Of a DNA stretch of 32,000 nt, positions 23,611 to 32,000 are shown one piece after another (the stretch's first letter is position 1; each line of letters begins with the position of its first letter). The notes under the pieces were generated by a model. That model was not told the origin of the DNA. It saw nothing but the letters and a program-made list of their open reading frames with translations, and searched no databases. The stretch covers positions 571,101-603,100 of the forward strand of contig OZ246409.1 of assembly GCA_965231035.1 (NCBI GenBank). Direction: 5' to 3'. Source of the DNA: an uncultured Muribaculaceae bacterium. GTDB lineage: Bacteria > Pseudomonadota > Alphaproteobacteria > Rs-D84. The position numbers and the translations under genes were made by a program.

Positions 23611-25623
23611 TCACATACCACCAGGGTTACTGTTTTGGTATGAATTAGTGTTGCTTTTTTGCGTGTTAGTACTAGATTGAGATCTTATTTTTATACGATA
23701 TTCTGCTATACAATCATTCATGTTTGTATTATTAAGATTTGAACACTTGGTAGTTTTGTTGTTTTCCGATGCTAACGCTCCGAATAATTTTAAATCAGAT
23801 TCCAACTGTTTGCGTGCATTTGTTTTATCATTTGAAGATGCAATTAAATTCAGATTATTACCAAGACAAGTTAATAAATCAGAATTAGAATAAACAGTGT
23901 TACAATCTTGGGCGCCGCTTAATATTATATTTTTATTTGATGATTTACCGCTGTTATAAGACGATTCCGATGACTCTGCACCGGCAGCTTCCATTTTATT
24001 CGTCAGGATTGCCTTTTCCAGCTGGGTTCTTAATCTTTTAATAGTTGTTTCCAGGTAATCATATTGTTTTTTCATCTGCTGAGTTATAATAGTTGTTTTC
24101 AAAGCGATAACAGTATTCATATTCTGTTTAACTGTTTTGTCCTCAGGGTTGGAAGTACTTCCAATATTATAAGCATGCACGGTACAAATCGAGACCAATG
24201 GGTTTATATAAAGATTATTATCAGCATTTGCTTCATCGCATCCAGTTGAATTTGATTCTTTTACTGGTTCAGAAACATCTTTTACACACACCGGATTTGG
24301 TAATTTTTTCAAAGATACCGCTTTTTGTAGTTTTTCAGAATCATTATCGTTAAGATAGCAATACAACCATAAATCAGAATTATTTGATATTGGTGCGTCT
24401 TGGGAGATTATGCGCTGCAAAACATCGACATCAATTGTTGCTTTCTTTTTACGATTACGGAATAATGCCGAATTATCAATTGCATCAGATGCACAGGCAA
24501 CACGTATACCACCTGAGGAACCTGTATCCATGTCAAGCCAGTTTTGTTGAACTTCTTGTTGATTTGTAAGCATTTGCAACAATTGACAATGAGGTTGTGC
24601 AGCAGAAACTTTGAAGCTTCCGTCTGTTTGAGGATCTTTTTTTACATCATAGAAATTATTATTACAATCTTTATCACCAGCCTTACAAGGTTCACACAAA
24701 TACTTTCCCCAAACATTACAGCTACCGTTCAACATCATGTAAATATCTGTGATGTCGACACCCAGGCTTTGTGCCATTATCAGCGCATCATAAACTTCGT
24801 CCAATGAATCTTCATACGGTTCAAAAAATCCATTTGCTTTTTCTTTGAAAGCCTTTATACGTTTTGGACCTGTGCAGTTATCACCAGATGAATCACAACC
24901 CGCATAGTCAAAAACATTTTGCATTGTTTTCTTTACAGTGGTCAATGAATCCTGAGCACTTTCCAGCTTGCTCATTATCTGACCGGATGCCTGTTCGCGC
25001 GCCAGAACTTCGGCTGAAACACCATTATTTACAGCAGTTGTCACGGTTGAATCAGTTGTTGTAGCTGGTTTATTTGCATCGGCAGTTTGTTTTTGTTCAG
25101 CCAGTTTTTTTTGTTCATCCAAAGCAGCCTGGATACTGGCAGTTGTCTGGGAATTTTGTTCTGTTATTTGACTTTGCAACTGTTGCATCTGTGTTTGCAT
25201 TTGTTGCATTTGTTCAGCAGATTGGGATGCCAGTTGTTGTGCAGCATCTTTTTGTGCAGCGGTATTTGCAGCATTTGCCTTGGCAGTGGAATTTGCAACA
25301 ATCTGTGCAGCAATAGATTGAACCAAATCGTCACCATATTTCTTGCAAACTGAATTTGACATAACACAACCAGAAACAATTGGTGTTGCAATATCCATGC
25401 TGGTACAGCCACCAGTTGCACACTTTGGTGAAGCACAGCGTAAAATTAAAGCGTTACAATTTCCGAAATCAACCGCAGGTGTTCTGCTGTTCATCATTTG
25501 ATTCCAGTTATTATTATTCACAGTCCCCATACTGTCATCGTACGAGGTAAGATCACCATCTGCCCACAGTGCACTTGGTGCAAGGCACAGAATAAACGCA
25601 AAAAAACGTATTAAGGATTTCAT
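23611..25623 (-). CDS. Secreted Cys-rich protein (670 aa) with a Gln-rich coiled-coil segment, function unknown
   Basis: Signal peptide MKSLIRFFAFILCLAPSALWA|D. The N-terminal CNALILRCASPKCATGGC is the same C-x6-C-x4-C signature as in the 1011-aa protein. The Q-rich heptad-like stretch QQLASQSAEQMQQMQTQMQQLQSQITEQNSQ maps to about nt 25099-25281. The mature part has about 22 Cys by my count. Confidence 0.75.
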   Translation of the reverse strand: MKSLIRFFAFILCLAPSALWADGDLTSYDDSMGTVNNNNWNQMMNSRTPAVDFGNCNALILRCASPKCATGGCTSMDIATPIVSGCVMSNSVCKKYGDDLVQSIAAQIVANSTAKANAANTAAQKDAAQQLASQSAEQMQQMQTQMQQLQSQITEQNSQTTASIQAALDEQKKLAEQKQTADANKPATTTDSTVTTAVNNGVSAEVLAREQASGQIMSKLESAQDSLTTVKKTMQNVFDYAGCDSSGDNCTGPKRIKAFKEKANGFFEPYEDSLDEVYDALIMAQSLGVDITDIYMMLNGSCNVWGKYLCEPCKAGDKDCNNNFYDVKKDPQTDGSFKVSAAQPHCQLLQMLTNQQEVQQNWLDMDTGSSGGIRVACASDAIDNSALFRNRKKKATIDVDVLQRIISQDAPISNNSDLWLYCYLNDNDSEKLQKAVSLKKLPNPVCVKDVSEPVKESNSTGCDEANADNNLYINPLVSICTVHAYNIGSTSNPEDKTVKQNMNTVIALKTTIITQQMKKQYDYLETTIKRLRTQLEKAILTNKMEAAGAESSESSYNSGKSSNKNIILSGAQDCNTVYSNSDLLTCLGNNLNLIASSNDKTNARKQLESDLKLFGALASENNKTTKCSNLNNTNMNDCIAEYRIKIRSQSSTNTQKSNTNSYQNSNPGGM

Positions 25624-25670
25624 ATTCTCTCTTTCGTTAATTCTATCACAAAAGAAAGAAATGTTAAAGT

Positions 25671-25694
25671 AAAAAAACCGGCAATCGCCGGTTT
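25671..25694 (-). terminator. Rho-independent terminator after fabZ
   Basis: The minus strand reads aacaaaCCGGC-gatt-GCCGGttttttt, directly after the fabZ stop (25696). Confidence 0.6.
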
Positions 25695-25695
25695 G

Positions 25696-26130
25696 TTATT
25701 CGCGGGTTTCCATAATCGCAGTAAAGGTTGCCTCGGATACTTTTTTGCCCCCGACCATACCAATACCATGGAATTTGTAAAGTTTCATTTTTGACATTGT
25801 TAATTCAACATGCAATTCCAAAATATCACCAGGTTTTACCATGTGATAAAATTTGATTTTTTCCATAGTTGTGAAATAACCAAGTGTTTTACCATCTGTT
25901 GAACCCATTTTTACAAAAGCAATATAGCATGCGGTTTGCGCCATTGCTTCTATTTGTAAAACGCCAGGCATAATTGGTTCGCTTGGGAAATGTCCAGCAC
26001 ACCAGAATTCATCAGGACGAACATGATGGATACCAACACCACTGGTTTCTTCTATTTCACGAATCTCGTCAATCAGTCGCATATCACCACGATGCGGAAT
26101 AATTTTTTCGATACCTTTTGCGTCTATCAT
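25696..26130 (-). CDS. fabZ: 3-hydroxyacyl-ACP dehydratase FabZ
   Basis: IIPHRGDMRLIDEI, FWCAGHFPSEPIMPGVLQIEAMAQ and the hot-dog fold C-terminus. GGAG lies 6 nt upstream of the ATG. Confidence 0.95.
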   Translation of the reverse strand: MIDAKGIEKIIPHRGDMRLIDEIREIEETSGVGIHHVRPDEFWCAGHFPSEPIMPGVLQIEAMAQTACYIAFVKMGSTDGKTLGYFTTMEKIKFYHMVKPGDILELHVELTMSKMKLYKFHGIGMVGGKKVSEATFTAIMETRE

Positions 26131-26176
26131 TTTTTACTCCATAAAAATAGTTGAATTTCAGGATAATGTTAAAACA

Positions 26177-27220
26177 TTAACCCCTGATTTGTTTTTTTAA
26201 CCAAGCATGTGCACGCATAAATTCCATACCGGCAACTGCTGGATATCCCATCTGTCTTTCGCCATCTGGAATATTGCGGAACACACCGCTGTTTGCACCA
26301 ACCTCGGCATCGTTTCCGATTTTAACACCGTTTGCAATTCCAACATGTCCGCCCAATAAAACGCGGTCACCAATAACACAACCCCCAGCGATTCCAACAC
26401 CGCTGGCCAAGAAACATTCGGAACCAATAATTACACCATGTGCAATTTGGCAAAGATTATCAATTTTTGTTCCTTCGCCAATTATGGTATCTGTCATTGC
26501 GCCACGATCAATACAGGAATTACTGCCAACTGAAACGCGATTACCAATCACAACACGACCAACGTGTGGAATAAAAACATTTTTGCCTTCTTGGCGTGTA
26601 AAACCAAAACCATCTTTACCAATAACAGCATTTGGGTAAATCACACAATTTTCACCAATAGTTGCATTTTCAATGTGTGCCCCACCATGGACAATAGTTC
26701 CACGACCAATTTTCACATTTTGTCCAATGAATGCGTTTGGATAAATTTTAACATCTGGTTCCAAAACTGCACCACGATCAACACTGGCGAATTGACCGAT
26801 ATAAACACTGCGTCTTTTTCTAAAAAAAACACCATGTTCTACGTGCGCAGCCCAGTGTATTCCGAATCTTGGTTTTTCACGATATATTTCACCGATTATT
26901 TTTACTATGTCACCACGTGGACTTTCTGATATCAGCAAAGTTGCACCCTTAGGCGCATCTTTGACATGTTCAAGTTGAACCAAAATTATACTGGCTTTGG
27001 TGTTTTTTAATACTTCAATAGGAAGGTTTTTAAAAGCAGCACTGTTTCGTTCAGTTGAATAAAACGCCAGCTGACCAGCCTTGGCATCTGCGATTGGTGC
27101 AACACCATTTATTAAGGTTTTCGGATCGCCGGATAATTTTAATCCAAATTGCGATGACAATTCACCAGCGGTTTTTTTGTTACCACGTGGCATAAATAAA
27201 GACTTTATAATTTTTAACAT
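26177..27220 (-). CDS. lpxD: UDP-3-O-acylglucosamine N-acyltransferase LpxD
   Basis: It has the N-terminal LpxD-specific domain (..INGVAPIADAKAGQLAFYS..) and a long left-handed beta-helix of hexapeptide repeats (IGENCVIYPNAVIG..., IGNRVSVGSNSCIDRGA, IGDRVLLGGHVGIANGVKIGNDA). The track start at 27268 is TTG; I chose the ATG at 27220, but the ATG at 27193 is also possible. Confidence 0.9.
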   Translation of the reverse strand: MLKIIKSLFMPRGNKKTAGELSSQFGLKLSGDPKTLINGVAPIADAKAGQLAFYSTERNSAAFKNLPIEVLKNTKASIILVQLEHVKDAPKGATLLISESPRGDIVKIIGEIYREKPRFGIHWAAHVEHGVFFRKRRSVYIGQFASVDRGAVLEPDVKIYPNAFIGQNVKIGRGTIVHGGAHIENATIGENCVIYPNAVIGKDGFGFTRQEGKNVFIPHVGRVVIGNRVSVGSNSCIDRGAMTDTIIGEGTKIDNLCQIAHGVIIGSECFLASGVGIAGGCVIGDRVLLGGHVGIANGVKIGNDAEVGANSGVFRNIPDGERQMGYPAVAGMEFMRAHAWLKKQIRG

Positions 27221-27310
27221 GGGGCGATTATAGAACAAAAAATACGAATTTTCAAAGACAAAATTCAAAATAACGAAATATCAAAGAATTATATCGGAAA
27301 AATGTGTTCT

Positions 27311-28432
27311 TTATGGGCACATAGAAAGCTGACGAAGTACATTTTGCACATCATCATTTACAGATACAGTGATTTCACGTTGCAGACCATCGGTGTATTT
27401 ATAATTGAATTTTGATTTTGCAAAATCTGGGGCTGCTTCATATGCTTCTTCGAATGGTGCAAGCATAGCATTAAACCATTGTCTGCCACGGCATAGACAA
27501 CCATTTCGAACGTCCGCAGCAACTGCTGCAGTTGCAGTGTTTGGGTATTTTTTATCCAAATCTTCGTCAGACATCATTAAACATCTGCTGCTAAGTCCGT
27601 AAAAATTTGCATCGTCTGACAAGAATTTATAAACCAATCCATCACTGGCACCAGCACGTTTTAATTCGTAAACCATACCATCCGAGCAGCAAGCTTGGGC
27701 AGATTGCATTAACATTTTATAACGAGCCAAGAATGGTGCAGCAACTTTTTCGCTGGCTTTGATATTCTTATTTTCTGTTGCGGCTGCAACAAAGTCATCC
27801 ATTTTTTGTGGAAGTATTTTTGTGCTGCGTGGTGAAACCGTTTCATTAACCATGGGTTTTTTACGCCAAATATCGCATTCTGTATCTGTTTCAAATGGAC
27901 ATTCATTATATTCTTTGTCTTCAAAAGCCTGCTTAACACGATTTGATAAATCTTGGGCAGCATATTTTTTATCAGACCATATATCGCCAGTTGGCTTTGT
28001 TGGTACCAACAATTCTTCGACCTGATTTCTGGATCCCGTATCAGCGACAACTGTTTCTGGAACAAAGGTCATTTGCGCTGGTTTTTTGCTGATTTGTTTT
28101 TTACCAACAGGACGTTGTGGTGGCAAAGTCCAATCGCTGAAATCTTTATCTTTATAGCTGTAAATTGAATCGTCCCAAATTGGCACACCATCGCGCCAAT
28201 CAACGGTTTTATCAAAACCTGAAGAATTGTAATCAGAATTATCGCCATCCCAAACAGGTTCAACATCAGGGGTTTGATTAGTAGATGTAATGGGCAATGG
28301 GGCAGGTTTACCAACATCCAAGATTCTTGATTGTCCGATAATACAATCTTCACCAAAACACTCGGACGCCTTGACAGGCAAGTTACCAAGCACAAAAAGT
28401 AACGAAGAAAAAACAAGGATCTTTGATCTCAT
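27311..28432 (-). CDS. Secreted protein (about 373 aa) with scattered Cys pairs, function unknown
   Basis: Signal peptide MRSKILVFSSLLFVLGNLPVKA|SEC, starting from the ATG at 28432 (an ATG at 28444 is also possible). The N-half is acidic and Trp/Asp-rich (VWDGDNSDY, VDWRDGVPIWDDSIY, DFSDWTLPP). The C-half is Cys-containing (AQACCSDG, RNGCLCRGRQWF, final ..SMCP). Confidence 0.6.
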   Translation of the reverse strand: MRSKILVFSSLLFVLGNLPVKASECFGEDCIIGQSRILDVGKPAPLPITSTNQTPDVEPVWDGDNSDYNSSGFDKTVDWRDGVPIWDDSIYSYKDKDFSDWTLPPQRPVGKKQISKKPAQMTFVPETVVADTGSRNQVEELLVPTKPTGDIWSDKKYAAQDLSNRVKQAFEDKEYNECPFETDTECDIWRKKPMVNETVSPRSTKILPQKMDDFVAAATENKNIKASEKVAAPFLARYKMLMQSAQACCSDGMVYELKRAGASDGLVYKFLSDDANFYGLSSRCLMMSDEDLDKKYPNTATAAVAADVRNGCLCRGRQWFNAMLAPFEEAYEAAPDFAKSKFNYKYTDGLQREITVSVNDDVQNVLRQLSMCP

Positions 28433-28556
28433 ACAACAAATCATATCACAAAAATTGAAATATTAAAAACCAAAAATGAAAACTTGTGTTAAGTTATCGA
28501 ATTGTTTATACTTTATTCGATGACCTGGCACTTAACCAGAATAGAAAGGAAATACA

Positions 28557-29555
28557 ATGAAGAAAATATCAACTTTGTTAGTTCTTACAACATTAGTGGT
28601 TCCTGCTGTGGCAGAAGAAATCGCAGTAAAAACTGTTACAGAATCTGCAAAAACAGCAGTAACAGCAGAGGCTAAACCAGCCGTCGCAAAAAACGAGGCT
28701 AAGGTTGAACCAGTAAAAACTGAGGTTAAGAAAGTAGAAGCAAAACAAGAACCTGTAACTGAAAAATTTTCAGAAGATAAAACAAAATCGGATATTAAAT
28801 TTCCAGCAGGATTACAATTTGGTTTGGGCGCATCTGTGACCAGTGGTGTAAATGGCTTTGTTGGATATGCAAATAAAAATTTTGATTCTTTCTGGTGGAA
28901 AAGAATTGGTGGACGTTTTGATTTTGGAACAACCGCACCTATTAAATCAGTAATTAATTCTGCGATAAAATCGCAAATGGATGACGGAATTGAATTAGGT
29001 GATGAAAATGGTGTAACAATAAAAGATGGTTCTATTACTGCACAACACTTTGGTGCTTTAGTTGACTTTTATCCATTCGGAAACACTTGGTTCTTGGGCG
29101 GATGGCGTTTGACAGGTGGTTATATGTTTGGAAAATTGGGTGTTTCTGCAAAACTGACGTCAAATACAGATTTACCAGCCGGATCAATGGAGTTTGAATT
29201 GAATGGTGAAAAATATCAATACACTGGTGGTCAAATGAAAGGAAATGCAGCAGTTAACTGGAATTATGCAGGCCCATATTTGGGAACAGGTTTTGATTTG
29301 GGATTATTATGGGGTATAAAAATTTATATGGATGCAGGTGCAGTATTTACCAGTAAAACAGCTACTGCTAGTCTGAATGTTCCTTTAACCGACTTGCAAC
29401 ATTATAATAGTGGTACAAGTTCTTGGGAAGCAGCATCAATCGATTCGATTGCTTTTGAAGAAAATAAGAAAGAAGCGTTAAAAGAAGCAAATGACGAGCT
29501 GGGAAAAATCAAGATATTCCCAATGGTAAAGCTTGGATTTATGTATCGCTTTTAA
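28557..29555 (+). CDS. Outer-membrane beta-barrel protein with a Lys/Ala/Val/Glu-rich N-terminal spacer
   Basis: SD AAAGGA. Signal peptide MKKISTLLVLTTLVVPAVA|EE. A low-complexity segment of about 55 aa (AKTAVTAEAKPAVAKNEAKVEPVKTEVKKVEAKQEPV) is followed by G/Y/F-rich amphipathic strands. It ends in ..KLGFMYRF (terminal Phe). Confidence 0.55.
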   Translation: MKKISTLLVLTTLVVPAVAEEIAVKTVTESAKTAVTAEAKPAVAKNEAKVEPVKTEVKKVEAKQEPVTEKFSEDKTKSDIKFPAGLQFGLGASVTSGVNGFVGYANKNFDSFWWKRIGGRFDFGTTAPIKSVINSAIKSQMDDGIELGDENGVTIKDGSITAQHFGALVDFYPFGNTWFLGGWRLTGGYMFGKLGVSAKLTSNTDLPAGSMEFELNGEKYQYTGGQMKGNAAVNWNYAGPYLGTGFDLGLLWGIKIYMDAGAVFTSKTATASLNVPLTDLQHYNSGTSSWEAASIDSIAFEENKKEALKEANDELGKIKIFPMVKLGFMYRF

Positions 29556-29559
29556 TAAG

Positions 29560-29587
29560 AAAACCGCCGAATTTCGGCGGTTTTTTT
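29560..29587 (+). terminator. Rho-independent terminator
   Basis: aaaaCCGCCGA-att-TCGGCGGttttttt, directly after the stop at 29555. Confidence 0.75.
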
Positions 29588-29637
29588 ATTACAAACTTTT
29601 TAACCAAATTTTTTTGGAATATTTTTCAACTTTCTTC

Positions 29638-29668
29638 TTGACTTTTTTATAGATTACGCGCATACTAT
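29638..29668 (+). promoter_or_regulatory. Candidate rRNA operon promoter
   Basis: TTGACT (29638-29643), then a 17-19 nt spacer, then CATACT/TACTAT. It is preceded by a very AT-rich, UP-element-like stretch (29590-29637). The choice of -10 hexamer is uncertain. Confidence 0.3.
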
Positions 29669-29834
29669 GCGAGCTTTCAAGTTGGAAAATAAACCCAACC
29701 CCTGAAATTCTGCGGTTTTCGGGATGACCAATCAGAATCGGGTCCCCATAAATCTGCAAACATTGTTAATAAAGCAGCTCATCAAATGTGATGATGTTTT
29801 TTGCATTTTGCAAAATTCAAAATCACTTCAAGAA

Positions 29835-29850
29835 GGGATATGCAGACAGT
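29835..29850 (+). other. 5' half of the putative 16S precursor processing stem
   Basis: GGGATATGCAGACAGT is complementary to 31573-31588 (ACTGTCTGAATATCTC): 14 Watson-Crick pairs, 1 G-U and 1 mismatch over 16 positions. Confidence 0.45.
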
Positions 29851-30041
29851 TGAATTTGGAAAAACATCCAAACTTAAACTTAAGTCAAATGTGCATATCC
29901 TAGACAGGTAGTAGGTTTACATAGATTTATATCGTATAACCTCGTTAAAATACTTGTCTTGCGAAATATATGTAAAGACGAACTGACATTATTGTCAGCT
30001 TTGTTCTTTGTGCACAGGCTTAAACATCAAGGTTTTTATAA

Positions 30042-31530
<1,489 letters not shown>

Positions 31531-31572
31531 ATAGATTAAACCGTTTCACGAAACGGTCATATTCCAACGGCG

Positions 31573-31588
31573 ACTGTCTGAATATCTC
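31573..31588 (+). other. 3' half of the putative 16S precursor processing stem
   Basis: See 29835-29850. It lies about 43 nt after the mature 16S 3' end. Confidence 0.45.
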
Positions 31589-31693
31589 TTTTTGAAAAAT
31601 GTATGGCAATTAGCAGTTAGTATCAGTTATTGCTGGATTGCGTGATCTTATAAGATTATGTGATTAAAAGTAATAGTTGATCACTGTTTTTAT

Positions 31694-31770
31694 GGGTCAG
31701 TAGTTCAGTTGGTTAGAATGTCGCTCTGATACAGCGAAGGTCGAAGATTCGAGTTCTTCCTGACCCACCA
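31694..31770 (+). tRNA. tRNA-Ile (anticodon GAT), CCA encoded
   Basis: Cloverleaf folded by hand. Acceptor GGGTCAG/CTGACCC. Anticodon stem TCGCT/AGCGA with loop CTGATAC (GAT at 31728-31730). T-stem GAAGA/TCTTC with loop TTCGAGT. Discriminator A followed by CCA. Confidence 0.95.
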
Positions 31771-31787
31771 TTTTTATTGATGAGGTT

Positions 31788-31839
31788 AAAATCGTGAAAT
31801 GCTTTCACAGACTTGTCTTTGCAAGTGTTTCACGATTTT
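31788..31839. repeat. Perfect 12-bp inverted repeat (AAAATCGTGAAA ... TTTCACGATTTT) with a 28-nt loop, downstream of tRNA-Ile
   Basis: Read directly: 31788-31799 and 31828-31839 are exact reverse complements. Confidence 0.6.
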
Positions 31840-32000
31840 AAATGTTCCCTAGGAATTTTTGGAATCTGCTTTTTATAAGTAATTTTGTTAATCGGTTTTT
31901 ATGTCGCAAATCAAAGAAATTTGATTTGTTGAACATCGTAATATAATCTCAAAATATCTTTCTGAAAAAGAGAGTAATCTCGAAAGAGATAATTCAATTA

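Noticed and set aside
27221-27268. N-terminal extension of lpxD to 27268
   Set aside because: It is a TTG start and the extension (MNFVFENSYFLFYNRP) has no LpxD counterpart. An ATG at 27220 or 27193 fits the family's N-terminus better.
14082-28416. Remaining short overlapping ORFs inside rluD, the pilin-like genes, dnaX, the OmpA-like gene, the 670-aa gene, lpxD and the 377-aa gene (e.g. 14082..14282, 14209..14409, 15999..16277, 17318..17704, 18119..18310, 18357..18761, 18891..19136, 20590..20778, 20994..21185, 21103..21372, 21143..21391, 21395..21727, 22448..22759, 24064..24249, 24384..24569, 24544..24807, 24864..25064, 25074..25316, 25087..25353, 25164..25436, 26197..26427, 26274..26639, 26564..26929, 27405..27602, 27709..28065, 27759..28025, 27953..28168, 28069..28416)
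   Set aside because: They are shadow ORFs of well-supported longer genes. Several arise from the low-complexity Gln-rich or hexapeptide-repeat coding regions read in other frames.
29668-29685. boxA-type antitermination element in the rRNA leader (GAGCTTTCAAGTTGG)
   Set aside because: It only loosely resembles the TGCTCTTTAACAA consensus, which is too weak to call without an alignment to related rrn leaders.

Overview
This is an AT-rich chromosomal window that looks like a divergent, probably host-associated or reduced-genome alphaproteobacterium. The clues are a 16S with the short alpha-type 'GATGATGACAGTA' V3 region, rpoH, a DUF4167 protein and a ZitP-like protein. I saw no transposase, integrase, CRISPR array or phage genes.

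The housekeeping backbone is: rpoH (3' end), der, rsmE, two pseudouridine synthases, dnaX, skp, fabZ, lpxD, and a 16S rRNA followed by tRNA-Ile(GAT).

Lineage-specific envelope and surface genes are woven into that backbone:
1. A translationally coupled trio of unusually large (about 400-470 aa) prepilin-like proteins (15695-19636, minus strand). They carry a PilV/shufflon-N-like motif and repeat-rich C-terminal halves. A ZitP-like zinc-ribbon/DUF3426 protein and a small secreted protein follow directly.
2. A short, classical type IV pilin fused by a TAATG overlap to an OmpA-type peptidoglycan-binding lipoprotein, directly downstream of dnaX.
3. Two very Cys-rich secreted proteins (1011 aa and 670 aa) that share a C-x6-C-x4-C signature, plus a third Cys-containing secreted protein. 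The last two flank the lpxD-fabZ pair.
4. An orphan VirD4/TraG-type coupling ATPase, co-oriented with two lipoproteins and with no VirB genes nearby.

My best candidate for an undescribed system is the giant-pilin/ZitP-like operon. Its possible partners are the pilin-OmpA pair and the Cys-rich secreted family.

Smaller observations are a near-palindromic intergenic module with inverted heptamer arrays, one reused 14-nt terminator hairpin, a slippery A-run in dnaX, compensated substitutions in the 16S decoding centre, and a likely 16S processing stem. All functional calls come from motif recognition by eye. No database search was run.
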